Positions 9,184 through 19,700 of a stretch of 28,473 nucleotides of DNA are shown one piece after another (the stretch's first letter is position 1; the number at the start of each line of letters is the position of its first letter). The notes beneath the pieces were generated by a model. It was not told where the DNA came from and did no database searches. It saw only the letters and a program-made list of their open reading frames with translations. This DNA is from a virus (lineage: Duplodnaviria > Caudoviricetes): IMG/VR virus record IMGVR_UViG_3300009058_000007, positions 1-28,473 of that record. One strand, written 5' to 3'. A program made the translations under genes and the position numbers.

Positions 9184-9436
9184 TAGTGCGGCCCTCCACA
9201 CCAAAAAATTCTCTTTTCTCTTTTTCTCCTTCTTCTTTTATATTAGACAACTCTTCAACTCTATCTAACATTGTGATAGCGTCTTCCATTGCTAATCTAT
9301 ATGCAGAAGCAGATATTTTAACTTTTTCAGGATCTAATTCATCTGGATCCATTTTCTTATTCATAACTTTTATTAATTCGTTTATTGAATTTTCTGTAGC
9401 TTTAAGAATAAGTTCTCGTTTCTTTTTTATGTCCAT
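9176..9436 (-). CDS. Probable terminase small subunit
   Basis: 86-aa helical, charged protein that overlaps the terL start; the call is mainly positional. Confidence 0.5.
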   Translation of the reverse strand: MDIKKKRELILKATENSINELIKVMNKKMDPDELDPEKVKISASAYRLAMEDAITMLDRVEELSNIKEEGEKEKREFFGVEGRTNV

Positions 9437-9989
9437 AGTTGATAGTTATGTCTGTTGATAAAATTCTATATAATTTTTTATCATCTATGTTAAATTCGTA
9501 TTCTGAATCTGGAGTAAACCCTACTATATCGCCATAAGACAATCCTAAGGACTCCAAATAGTCGTTTGTATATGTAAGCTTTCCTAATAGTTTTTGTTCA
9601 CTCTCGGTGCTCCATATGTCTTCGTTTTCTAAAGGTTCTACAAAACAGTACATATTTGGGCAGTGCCACTTACTATTTTGTTTATAAGCAAACAGTTGAT
9701 CTGGTGCGACTATATATTTATCTTCGTCTATATAGCTACCCGAGTTTCTTTCAACTCCTCTCACATCAAACCATCTTCTAAACACATTATGATGTATAAT
9801 AACATCATCTCCTGGTTTTATAGGGGTAGTTATATTAATAGGAACATTAACTACAGTTCCAATTCTGTTAACAAACATATAATCACGTTCAGTAACCTCT
9901 GTGTTTAATATAAGTTCTTTGTTATCGATAGACACTTTATTATCGTATCGATTGGTTGTTGATATAATATAATTGTATAGTGATTTCAT
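9402..9989 (-). CDS. Tandem (two-domain) GroES-like protein
   Basis: Two GroES-like units: GTVVNVP...IKPGDDVIIH...YIV...QLFA and FVEP...GKLTY...LSYGDIVGF....YEFNIDDKKLYRILSTDI. Confidence 0.6.
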   Translation of the reverse strand: MKSLYNYIISTTNRYDNKVSIDNKELILNTEVTERDYMFVNRIGTVVNVPINITTPIKPGDDVIIHHNVFRRWFDVRGVERNSGSYIDEDKYIVAPDQLFAYKQNSKWHCPNMYCFVEPLENEDIWSTESEQKLLGKLTYTNDYLESLGLSYGDIVGFTPDSEYEFNIDDKKLYRILSTDITINYGHKKETRTYS

Positions 9990-10208
9990 TTAGTAGTCTA
10001 AGTTATATTCTATTGATACAGCCATGTTAGCATTAAAATGTTTCCAAGGTAACTGCGCCCCGTCTTTTTGAATATATATCTTGTAATTTCCCTCTTCTTC
10101 TAATATGTCACATATTTTGTGACCTCCGTAAACTTCTTGACCTACAGAGTAATGCATTGCCTCGTTTTTGTAATCTTGACCAATGCTTATCTTTCTAATT
10201 AATTTCAT
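9990..10208 (-). CDS. Hypothetical small beta-rich protein
   Basis: 72-aa ORF packed tightly into the operon (IRKISIGQDYKNEAMHYSVGQEVYGGH). Confidence 0.7.
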   Translation of the reverse strand: MKLIRKISIGQDYKNEAMHYSVGQEVYGGHKICDILEEEGNYKIYIQKDGAQLPWKHFNANMAVSIEYNLDY

Positions 10209-10218
10209 TGAATTTATT

Positions 10219-10575
10219 TTAGTATGTCCAAATAGTTGTGCTTGGTGCTCCAGGATAACCTATACCTACGTGTACAAAATTACTTTTTCTTGATATACCT
10301 ATTCTTTTAAAACCGCATTTTATTGCAGCAGCAACTAATAAGTATGTAGCTTCTCCTCCAACACATTTAATATCTACAGCCGCGCCGTGAGCATGCTCTC
10401 CAGGTTTATCTTTTTTAGCTTCAATTGGATGATCTGGTGATCTATAAGAAGAATTTATAGTTATAGGAAAACCATAGGTTTTTCTAAGAGCATCTAGCAT
10501 ACCTAAAAGCTTAGGGTCCATTTTATCTATGTTTCCTTTAAAATCTTCTTCGTCTGTAAAATATTTTAATTTCAT
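10219..10575 (-). CDS. Endolysin, zinc peptidase M15 family
   Basis: MD..LL..LD.LR...G.PI.INSSYRS..H, H..G.AVDI and FVHV Zn-ligand pattern; adjacent to holin-like genes. Confidence 0.88.
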   Translation of the reverse strand: MKLKYFTDEEDFKGNIDKMDPKLLGMLDALRKTYGFPITINSSYRSPDHPIEAKKDKPGEHAHGAAVDIKCVGGEATYLLVAAAIKCGFKRIGISRKSNFVHVGIGYPGAPSTTIWTY

Positions 10576-10576
10576 A

Positions 10577-10732
10577 TTATTTAAATTTTTTATATATATT
10601 GATTGAAGTATAAACTATTGTAAGCACTAACACAAGCGTTTGCAGCGTAGGGTTAACATTGTGTGCCATGTCTGAACTAGCAAATAATGCCGTTATATTT
10701 AAACCGTATATTTTCAAATCTGTATTTATCAT
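10577..10732 (-). CDS. Small membrane protein (holin/antiholin-like), 51 aa
   Basis: Not in the track. MINTDLKIYGLNITALFASSDMAHNVNPTLQTLVLVLTIVYTSINIYKKFK; ATGA overlap with the upstream gene; fills the gap exactly; hydrophobic helix with a basic tail. Confidence 0.7.
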   Translation of the reverse strand: MINTDLKIYGLNITALFASSDMAHNVNPTLQTLVLVLTIVYTSINIYKKFK

Positions 10733-11142
10733 TTATGTTTATTATTTCCGAACACCTTCTCGACTCCTCGTGATCCGAAATAGCCCCCAATAACTATTGT
10801 TAATAGTCCTGTTATATCATCTAATGGATAACCCATATACCAACCAGCAACATATGATGATGTTAAAAAAACTAACGTTAATGGCCGTACATTAGCGGCA
10901 AGCCAGCTTCCTGACCGAGCGTCTGCAACCCATCTTCTTGTTGTTCCATCAATTTCTGCTCTTTCAATATCTAATTTTTTAAGAGCAACTTCTTTATCTT
11001 CTGGCGACATATCACTACCACCGATTATAGCTTGTATTACAGAACCTACGGGCGTATCACCTGCAATGGCTCCAACAACGCTGGGAATCTTTTGTAATAA
11101 GAATTTCCCAACGTTGGTGTCTTTAAATTTTTTCTTAGCCAT
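10729..11142 (-). CDS. Holin (GTA/3TM-type)
   Basis: RW.AD..S.SWL..NVRPL followed by two hydrophobic helices and GGYFGSRG.EK, a pattern typical of this holin family. Confidence 0.75.
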   Translation of the reverse strand: MAKKKFKDTNVGKFLLQKIPSVVGAIAGDTPVGSVIQAIIGGSDMSPEDKEVALKKLDIERAEIDGTTRRWVADARSGSWLAANVRPLTLVFLTSSYVAGWYMGYPLDDITGLLTIVIGGYFGSRGVEKVFGNNKHK

Positions 11143-14100
11143 TAGTAACCTTCGTTATATAAAGCAGTTATTTCTGATTGAGTTAGTACTTTGCTATAAG
11201 CCTTTACTTTACTTATTTTACCATTAAACCACTGTATATTATTGTTTGCTGAACCTATTGTAGTTTCAGATAGTGTTCCCTCATCGCAATTACCTGTGAA
11301 TGATGAATCACTAGCTACAACAGCACCATTTAAGTATAAAGAATGACCTGAACTAGAACTTTTTACATAAGCCACGTGATACCAAGTACCTGCAGATAAT
11401 AATCCTGTGCTTGATACAAGATATTCCGCACCCCCTGTAGAATTTAAAGAGTACATTGATAATCCTGTACCTGTTACTTGTAGCCCATAATTTACGTGAC
11501 CTGCATTAGAAGTTATAATATTTTGATTAGCCACAGAAACAGTGTCAGCATTGAACCAAGCTGAATAAGTAAAGTTATTAACGCTAAGCGGATTTCCTGT
11601 AATATCAACATTATCATTACTACCATCAAAATCAAAGTATCCTGAAGCGTTCCAAGTAGCACCAGTTATATCCCCATGAAACACATTAGGATATTTAGGC
11701 TTAGTGTAGTTAAAGTTTTGACGTATTTGGTTTTGGGTGAGGGCAGATGAGTATATTCTCACTTGACCAGACTTACCCGCTGCAAATAGCCCTGTTGAAT
11801 TATAATGCCTTCCTATTCTTGAATTAGCCGAAGATAAGGAAGTTGTGGTCCCGGTTGCGGTTCCAACTTCATTTCCGTCAACATATTGAGTCCATGTTGA
11901 ACCCTCTCTTCTTAATACAATATGATGCCACGTATTAGCAATAAGCGCGCTTGGGCTAGTTAAAACATTTGTTGTTGATGATGATATGCTAACCCAGGTT
12001 TTTAAAGTGTCCCCATAAATATAATGTCCTAAGCCGGTTTGGGATTGATACCCAGAGCCGCCTAACAACATTTTGTAAGAAGAACTAGTGCTACTTATAT
12101 TGTACCACATTTCAATAGTGAAATCTGAATCTAACATATTAGCAGTTGAAACATCAACATAGTCACTGTCTGATGCTATGTTTAAGTAGTTGCCTAATTC
12201 AGAGTCAAATGTAGTGCCTGTAATAGTTCCGTTGTTTCCATTACCGCTTGAATCAGTCCAAGTTGAACCTGAAGTATATGTACTTGCATCTAAATGTAAC
12301 TCTAAGTCAGCGTTCTTTATAGCACCTTTCATATAGCTAAATCCAGTTGGCAAATAACTCGCTTCTGCTTCTCTATGTATTTTCCAAAATGCGTATCTTG
12401 CAGAACTACCACTCCAACTTCCGTCAAAAACTAAAGGTTGATAAACATTGTAGTTTGATGGTAATGTTAATAAGGGGTTAGTGCCTCCTGAAGGGTCTCC
12501 GCTATTGTACCAAGTAATACTCCCTGACACTACTCTTCCCATCCACACCTTTCTTGTTGCAACGTCAATAGCTACTGCAGTAACCTCACCAGTGGTGTTT
12601 GTTGAATTAGCAAATGTAGTAGAACTTGCATAACCTCCTGTTTGAATCCCACCTGAAGATAACCCCCAAAGTTGTCCATTTCTAAATGAACTTTGACTTG
12701 CTCCATTACCGCCAGTGTATTTAGTTGGGTCTGTAAAACCTAAACCCCCGTGACCACTTGAATCTAAGCATTTAATCTCAAAGTAGTATTTACCTGTATT
12801 GCCACTTTCAAAGTAGTTGTTTGCATAAACTTCTCCTTCATTCTGACCATTGCTCTTATTGCTATTAGCTTTCCATACAGTATTATCTTGTTCAAAAGCA
12901 TAAGTACCATAATAATTTACTTGAGTAGGGTCAAATATTAAGTCTGTTTCAACTTCTACTCCATCTGTGCTAGGTGTTAAAGAACCTGCATTAGTGTTTT
13001 TAGCTACAGCGTAGTAAATATAAGTATCTCCGCTTCTGTTAAATTCGTTATCCGCTCCATAGGTTAATCTAACTCCATCTCTCTCAAAGTCACAAGTCCA
13101 GTAAGCCGTTGTATTGTATTCCGCAGCATCACTATTTGCTAATAAAGTTTTTGAGTTTTCACCTCTGGCATTATCTTTTATGAGCCACCCAGTATTGTCT
13201 CTGCTTGTGTTTTTAATCATAAAAAAAGCAGGTTCAAATCCAGTATATATTTTATTATCTGTAGTCCCGTTTCCGATATAACTACTTACTTTTGATACTC
13301 CTCTTTTGGATGTGAAATTGTATGTTATTATTTCGTCATTATTTGCGTAGTTTAGATTTTGTCCTGCACCTGCCGTAAATACGCTACTTGTTGGACTAGT
13401 GTTGTTCATAAAAGCCGAACTAGATGCAGGGGCATTTCTGCTATTAAGTATCAGATAATTTGAAGCTCCTAAATCCTTGTGATATACCATCCAGTTATAA
13501 GCCTGATTTGTTGTTTTTGCTATAATCATTTCTGGAGCTGAATCTAATCCGTGTCCTACTGTTGCAGTAACTCCTGTAGCAGTATATGTAGCAATACTAA
13601 AACCTAAATCATTATTAACACTAACTTGAGAATCTATACCACCTCCTTGGTTTAACGATGCTGCACCACCTGCTTTAAAACACCAAGCAACCATAGTTCT
13701 GCCTGTATAATTTATAAAAGCATCACTACTATAAGCTGTTAAAGTAAATCCGTCATCATCAAAGGAGGATAAAGTATCTGTGGTGCGAGTGTTTTTAACA
13801 CTAGCACTGTTAGACATTATGAAATTATTTGCCCCCCTTACGGTATCAAAAAGTGCGTGGTTCTGTGCATTACTGCGTTGTTTCAGCCAAACTAAATCAG
13901 GTTCAAATCCAACTCCAGTTATTGCGTTTATTGCACTTGTTCCTGTATATAAGACAGCATTAAAATGCTCTGAAACGTTTGTGGCAGGGGCATATTCATG
14001 ATTATGTACATCATACCAAACATCTCCATCTCCATCATAAGAGTCAACATCATTAGCATCTAAGTGAAGCACCAACCCTTCTTCTTGATTACCCGTGCCT

Positions 14101-14150
14101 GTGCCCCCTCCTGCTGATGCGGTATGTACTAGACGTTCGTTAATAGCCAT
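11142..14150 (-). CDS. Multidomain receptor-binding/tail protein with LamG (ConA-like) and SPRY-like domains
   Basis: LHLDA...W.D, F/W.H...Y..G and R.YS.AL..EI LamG motifs; GKYYFEI...VA.D....KVW SPRY pattern; GVGFEPDLVWLK...FDTVRG repeat-type domain. Confidence 0.8.
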   Translation of the reverse strand: MAINERLVHTASAGGGTGTGNQEEGLVLHLDANDVDSYDGDGDVWYDVHNHEYAPATNVSEHFNAVLYTGTSAINAITGVGFEPDLVWLKQRSNAQNHALFDTVRGANNFIMSNSASVKNTRTTDTLSSFDDDGFTLTAYSSDAFINYTGRTMVAWCFKAGGAASLNQGGGIDSQVSVNNDLGFSIATYTATGVTATVGHGLDSAPEMIIAKTTNQAYNWMVYHKDLGASNYLILNSRNAPASSSAFMNNTSPTSSVFTAGAGQNLNYANNDEIITYNFTSKRGVSKVSSYIGNGTTDNKIYTGFEPAFFMIKNTSRDNTGWLIKDNARGENSKTLLANSDAAEYNTTAYWTCDFERDGVRLTYGADNEFNRSGDTYIYYAVAKNTNAGSLTPSTDGVEVETDLIFDPTQVNYYGTYAFEQDNTVWKANSNKSNGQNEGEVYANNYFESGNTGKYYFEIKCLDSSGHGGLGFTDPTKYTGGNGASQSSFRNGQLWGLSSGGIQTGGYASSTTFANSTNTTGEVTAVAIDVATRKVWMGRVVSGSITWYNSGDPSGGTNPLLTLPSNYNVYQPLVFDGSWSGSSARYAFWKIHREAEASYLPTGFSYMKGAIKNADLELHLDASTYTSGSTWTDSSGNGNNGTITGTTFDSELGNYLNIASDSDYVDVSTANMLDSDFTIEMWYNISSTSSSYKMLLGGSGYQSQTGLGHYIYGDTLKTWVSISSSTTNVLTSPSALIANTWHHIVLRREGSTWTQYVDGNEVGTATGTTTSLSSANSRIGRHYNSTGLFAAGKSGQVRIYSSALTQNQIRQNFNYTKPKYPNVFHGDITGATWNASGYFDFDGSNDNVDITGNPLSVNNFTYSAWFNADTVSVANQNIITSNAGHVNYGLQVTGTGLSMYSLNSTGGAEYLVSSTGLLSAGTWYHVAYVKSSSSGHSLYLNGAVVASDSSFTGNCDEGTLSETTIGSANNNIQWFNGKISKVKAYSKVLTQSEITALYNEGY

Positions 14151-14151
14151 A

Positions 14152-14394
14152 TTATTCTGTTTCTTTTTCTACAACATCATACGTAAAGTAATTGCCTGTA
14201 GGACTAAAGTGTAAATTATTTATTGCTTGTGTTTCTATATCATACTCTGGAACAACAATATTATAAAAACCAAACTCTTCTAAAACTTCATCAGAAGCTA
14301 CATTTGCGTTTGTAATGCTTTTATTGCTGTTAGACAATATATTTGGAATAGTATTGTACTTTACAACCTTTCCACTTTCTAAACGTGCTTTCAT
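14152..14394 (-). CDS. Putative fibre assembly chaperone (paralog of 24639..25103)
   Basis: MKA...IP...L.EFGFYNIVVPEYD..TQ aligns by eye with MKA...VP...LQEYGFYNLVTPEYNDSIQ. Confidence 0.6.
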   Translation of the reverse strand: MKARLESGKVVKYNTIPNILSNSNKSITNANVASDEVLEEFGFYNIVVPEYDIETQAINNLHFSPTGNYFTYDVVEKETE

Positions 14395-14714
14395 TATGCA
14401 GTGTAATTTGATATTGTTCCAAATATTTCAGTATCATTATTTGTTGATAATAACTGAATAATATTTTTTGTAGCTGTTCCGCTATATGTTCCATTTAACC
14501 ATTTAACGCCAGCTGGCCATGTTAATGCGTAATTACCATCGATAACCAATGTTTTTACCATACCGGTTTTTACATTAGAAAACGTAAGCGTAGTATCAGC
14601 AGTACATGTTTTTGTAAATACAGATGAAGCTGTCCAGTCAACGTTAGTTGTAATTACACTAGACGAAAAGAATTCATCTGCTAATAATTCGCTTTTTACT
14701 TTTGTTCTAGCCAT
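14394..14714 (-). CDS. Small fibre adaptor-like protein (MAxTK family, copy 1)
   Basis: MARTKV...VDWTASSVF...TLTFSN.KTG.V.T...LTWP. Confidence 0.6.
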   Translation of the reverse strand: MARTKVKSELLADEFFSSSVITTNVDWTASSVFTKTCTADTTLTFSNVKTGMVKTLVIDGNYALTWPAGVKWLNGTYSGTATKNIIQLLSTNNDTEIFGTISNYTA

Positions 14715-14716
14715 AA

Positions 14717-15073
14717 TTATGTTGCTTGTTGTGATATAGTATAAAAGAACTCTGGCGTACCATCATCGTCTGTACATACTATTTGTATAAAGTTTTTTGT
14801 TCCTGAAGTTGTATCCATTTCACCCCCTAATAAAATAGCCTCAGATGGAAATGTTAAAACATTAGCCGCTACACCATCTCCTGTTGCTACAATTATTTTA
14901 ACCATACCAATTTTAAAGTCAGTAAAGTTTAATGTTATTGGAGTATTAGGTGTAACTCTAAATACTTGAGATGCATTCCAATCAATCGTCTGTGGTGATG
15001 TGGACCCATTTATATTATGAGTAGACTGAAATTCATCATGAATAACGCCTGATGTTATTTTTGTTAATGCCAT
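14717..15073 (-). CDS. Small fibre adaptor-like protein (MAxTK family, copy 2)
   Basis: MALTKI...IDWNASQVF...TLNFTD.KIG.V.I...LTFP. Confidence 0.6.
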   Translation of the reverse strand: MALTKITSGVIHDEFQSTHNINGSTSPQTIDWNASQVFRVTPNTPITLNFTDFKIGMVKIIVATGDGVAANVLTFPSEAILLGGEMDTTSGTKNFIQIVCTDDDGTPEFFYTISQQAT

Positions 15074-15076
15074 ATT

Positions 15077-15859
15077 TTAAAATTTAAACCACATTTTACA
15101 GCTAAATTGTGAGTTAGTTCCTGGGTAGCTACTCTGACCAAGGTGAAATATCATATCTTGTGTTGTGAAAAAATCATAAATATACCCCGTCCCAATTCTA
15201 GAATGGTTATTTCCATTATGAGCGTACTGAACTGATTGTGCTAAACTAGTAACATTTGAATTAGGGTAAGAGTAACTAGTGGAATTTGACATATGTGATA
15301 CAAGAGTTTCTCCGTTTGTTGGAAAAGCGTAAGCGCCGGGATAATGATAACCACCATTACCACTTTGATTACCATACCAATCGCTTCTTAATGTGGTTGG
15401 TGAAAAATAAAAATAAAAAAAAGAGTAATTATACGAGCCGCCTGTTCCATTAACGTCAGAAAAACAAATTTTGCGAGCTTTAAAATATGTGTTGTTATAT
15501 CCTACGCCACAGCCTCCATGAGATGATGATCCTAGCCCTCCGTTAGAAACAGCTCTAACTTTCATTAACCCATTAGAATCTATGGTTCCTGTTCCACTAT
15601 AACATTCTTGGCCACTATAATTAGAACCCATAGACGTAGAATCTATTCTAGCCCAGCCGCCTGTTGATTGGCCCGCAGCTGTACCATCTATAGATATATA
15701 ATGTTCCCTAGTTCTAGTACCATCATTTAAATAGTACCTACCATCCGATAAGCCTGATGCCGCTATTTGAGCAAAATCAGTAAACGGATCGCTCGCACTT
15801 CCATCTGGTGCATTAGAAGCTATTTGTCCTGTTGATAGCAATTGCGTAACACCTATCAT
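15077..15859 (-). CDS. Putative receptor-binding/lectin-like protein (fibrinogen-like N-terminal motif)
   Basis: DGS..DP...DGRYYL...Y...DG...GGWARI; rich in Gly/Ser/Tyr. ATG at 15859 gives an ATGA overlap with the upstream stop. Confidence 0.55.
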   Translation of the reverse strand: MIGVTQLLSTGQIASNAPDGSASDPFTDFAQIAASGLSDGRYYLNDGTRTREHYISIDGTAAGQSTGGWARIDSTSMGSNYSGQECYSGTGTIDSNGLMKVRAVSNGGLGSSSHGGCGVGYNNTYFKARKICFSDVNGTGGSYNYSFFYFYFSPTTLRSDWYGNQSGNGGYHYPGAYAFPTNGETLVSHMSNSTSYSYPNSNVTSLAQSVQYAHNGNNHSRIGTGYIYDFFTTQDMIFHLGQSSYPGTNSQFSCKMWFKF

Positions 15860-16164
15860 AACCAAGGAAAGTTTGATTCGACTGTATCTTGTATATGTTC
15901 TTGAAGTTTTTTATCAATATCTATGGTTACGAATTCTTTTTGAATAATATCATTTTCATACCAAGATATTAAATCTGATTCTTGTAAATCTTGATATTCA
16001 GTAAAATCCATTTCTGGATCTGGCAAATTAATTTTATACTCTTCAGAAATTTGGTTTGACCCATCAGATACTGTTACTTCAATTACAAAGCTCTTAATCA
16101 TATTAAGGTAAACTCCATTTTCTTTTTTTAAAGAAATAATTTTATTTGTATATGTGTTTGCCAT
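15856..16164 (-). CDS. Acidic tail-fibre-associated protein
   Basis: 102 aa; MANTYT..I..L...FTEYQDL.E.DLISW...FPW pattern recalled from proteins beside marine phage fibres. Confidence 0.55.
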   Translation of the reverse strand: MANTYTNKIISLKKENGVYLNMIKSFVIEVTVSDGSNQISEEYKINLPDPEMDFTEYQDLQESDLISWYENDIIQKEFVTIDIDKKLQEHIQDTVESNFPWL

Positions 16165-16736
16165 TATTTTGTTGCTATTATTGTTACAATAGGCTTAGAA
16201 TAATCATAAGAGCCTGATCCGTCAAGATGGTATACTCTGTTTAGATACCACTCATAAGAAGCGCTGTACTCTCTACACATCCACTTCATTGTTCTAGGAC
16301 TATCCCAAGTTGCAATTTTTCCGTTTGGTATATCTTCGGTAGCCTCACCAACAGTATACGTACATTTTATTATTTGCCAACTGTCATAGCGATTTGCGCC
16401 GTAAAAAGTAGCTCTGCTTTCATTGTATTTTGTAGCGGTGCCATACGAATCATCAATATATGCATAAAAATGTCCAATATTATTACCATCTTTGTAAAGC
16501 GTTTTAAACTCAACTTGAAAATGTACATATTTTGTGTCATCGGGTGGTTGATATTCAATTACACTCCCTGTTAAATCTTGGTAAGAGGTAGTCATATCCG
16601 TATAATTAGTTACGCTTTGAACTGTAACATCTCCTTTGGTTGTTGTGATGGTTCTACCATCAGCCATATATTCTATATATTCTAGAACATTACTTCCACC
16701 GCCACCTCCTGAAAAGTGATCTGTTAAATTTCCCAT
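16164..16736 (-). CDS. Putative distal fibre tip/receptor-binding protein
   Basis: Short N-peptide MGNLTDHF plus a poly-Gly linker, then a beta-rich domain; directly follows the long fibre gene. Confidence 0.55.
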   Translation of the reverse strand: MGNLTDHFSGGGGGSNVLEYIEYMADGRTITTTKGDVTVQSVTNYTDMTTSYQDLTGSVIEYQPPDDTKYVHFQVEFKTLYKDGNNIGHFYAYIDDSYGTATKYNESRATFYGANRYDSWQIIKCTYTVGEATEDIPNGKIATWDSPRTMKWMCREYSASYEWYLNRVYHLDGSGSYDYSKPIVTIIATK

Positions 16737-16737
16737 A

Positions 16738-19700
16738 TTATTGTCCTATTATTATCCAGCCATTAGTTGCGTCAGTGTATACTAATTCAAAACTAGCTGA
16801 AGCTGTATCTAAAGTTAAATCTGTTGCAGCACCTAATATATTATTTCCATTTCTAAGTAGCTGACAAGTTGCAACACCCGATCTATTTGATATTTTTATG
16901 CTATCACCCATTGCTGGAGATGCTGGCAACGTTAAATTAAGATTAGCTGTTAAAACATATAAAGTATTAGCAACCGCTGTTGCACTTGCATTTATTACAG
17001 AAACGTTATGTTTAGAAGCAACCGTTACAGCCCCAACTTCACCATTAACACTTGTTACTGGAGAACCTGCCATATTAATAGCACTTATGGAAATAACCTC
17101 TATAATATCATTAATACTAGGTGTTCCAGCTGTAAATTGTATTTCACCAGAAACTAAATTATAATTTGATTTAGCCTGGTATACACCTTGAATAAACACC
17201 ATAGTAAGAGACTTACTACTTGGCGAACCATTGACTAAGGTAAAGTTATTTGTACTTCCGTTAGCTGTAAATGTATCTGTAACAAATGTTGTTTGTGTAA
17301 CACTGCTAGAGGCAATAGTACGCATAGTACTAACTTCAATGCTATAACCAGTAGGTACATTAGAACTAAATGTTATATTAGCTCCAGAAACAGTATAAGT
17401 TCCTTTTTCTTGATATACACCTTCTATGTATACGTTTGTATAATTTTCAGATTGTGGAGTAGCAGATAAAGCATAAGAAGCTGTACCATCACCCGTAAGC
17501 TCATCTAAAATAACTTCGCCTACATTTGTTAAATCTAAAACACCAGTAACATATTTTACTTCAACACTATATCCATTTGGAGGTGCTGTAGTAAAAGTAA
17601 TATTAGAACCTGCGATAGAATAATTTTCTTTTTCCTGGTATACACCTTCCAAGAAAACCATTGTGTGATCTGATGATCTTGGTGATCCACCTAAAGCAAA
17701 GGTTGTTGTTGAGCCATCGCCAACTAAACTTCCAGATGTGCTAAAAGCAGCACCCTCTGTTAAAGTTGTAGCTGTTACATTATGTCTTATATGAACGTTA
17801 TTAGTTCCTGACGCTGGTATTGAGCTAGGATTAAAAGTAACTGTATTACCGCTTACTGTATAATTAGATGGGTATTGATATACACCGCTAACATATACAT
17901 TTACATTATCTATGTCTACTATAGTATCCGATAAAGAAAAGCTCGCAGCACCTGTTGCACTAAACGTTTGTTTTACTATTTCACCAGAACCACCACCAGA
18001 TCCTGCAATTGCGCCCCATGCACCATCAGTATAACCTTCAAATTGGTTGTCATCGGTATTATATCTAAACATACCGTTCACACCAGTAGGTCTAGCACTT
18101 GTGTTTCCATCTGGAACGCGAATAGCTCCCGTGGTATCAATATTTACAACTTGACCTAACTCAGATATTACTGAATCAGTTATAGTATCAGAATCTGACA
18201 TTTTTGGTAATACACCTGGGGTTCCAGAACCATCTATCGCTGAAGTTAAATATGTACTTAAATCAGGAGGTGTATAAGTAAACACACCGGTTGTATTACT
18301 ATAGTTTATACCACCATCGCCTGAGGCTGTTTCTTCAGCTCCTACAGATAAATTAGTTAATTGTATTCCACCTGCGTCAGCTTGATTTTCCCACCTAGCA
18401 GTAGTACTATTGTATTTTAATATTTGGTCATTAGCTAAACCGCTAATACTAGTATCACTAAGATCAGACACTGTATCTACAATAGATATATCATTATAAG
18501 TAGAACTATCACTTGATATTTGCCACTTATCTGTTGATTCATTCCATATTAAGGCAGCATCACTAGCTGAACCTCTATTAATTTCTATTCCAGAGTTTTC
18601 ACTAGGAGCAGTCGAGCTATCTAAATCACTATTTAATGTTATAAGAGAATCACCTATATTCAACTCTGTTGTATTAACAGTAGTTGTTGTTCCCGACACG
18701 GTTAAGTCACCTTGTATGATTACATTGTTACTAAACGTTTCTTCTACATCTGTTCTAGCAAAATTGGCTAGGTAATCAAAGACTTGGTCGCCTGTTGTTA
18801 AAGTAGTCACACCATCCGCAACTGCACCAGTTGATAAATCTATGTCTATCGTTAGGTTCGACGAATTGGGTGTTAAAGTAACATTATTACCCGCTACAAT
18901 AGTTACATCGTCATTTGCTGATGAAGAATCTGTTAGTCTAATAATAGCGTTATCGCCACTATCTTGTACAGTTAAATCATATGTTGTATTAGTATCAACA
19001 GGTATTGTTGGTTTATTTTGTATAAATGCATCAGATGTATTGTCTGATTCATTCCAGTTGGCTTGAACGTTTTGTTCTGCATTGTTGGGCGCTAAAGACG
19101 GTTTATTTTGTATAAACGCATCACTAGCTGAATCTGATTCATTCCAATTAGCTTGAACGTTAACTTCCGCTCCGATTTCAATTCCAATTAACTTAGTTCT
19201 TTCAGCACCCGTTATAATAGCACCAGAACCTGCGCTTGTAACATCACGTAATTCGGTTACATCGTGGGTGCTTAAATTAGTTAAATCTGTTGGCTTGTTT
19301 AGGATCTGACTATCACCCGTAGAGGCTGTCCAATCCGCATTAACATTTACTTCAGCATTTTCTGCAATACCAGCTAACTTACTTTTAAGTATAGTAGTAA
19401 AGTCATTAGCGGATAAACCTTTACCAGCTTCTGTGTTTTGTTTTGAGTCTAAAGCTGTTTGTAGACCAGTTATATTAGATATACCTAAGTTATCTAAATC
19501 AGTACGGTTAGTTTCAATATAGTCTACAACTTCTTGTAAAGAATCAAGATTTGTATTATCGCTTGTTAAAAGCGTATTTATTGCATCAATTAAATCTTTT
19601 AATACTTTACCTTGAGCTGCAGATAAAGGAACATCTACAGCTGTTGAAGTAACGTTATTAACAACATCTGCGTGTATTAAACCATTATCAGTAAAGTTAG

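Noticed and set aside
6955-9204. Intron or intein in terL as the explanation for the GC-richer segment
   Set aside because: The segment encodes the contiguous Walker A/B ATPase core and shows no splicing or homing-endonuclease motifs.
19010-19161. Direct repeat in the fibre gene as a DGR template/variable repeat
   Set aside because: The copies are tandem and in-frame, mismatches are not adenine-specific, and there is no reverse transcriptase in the window.
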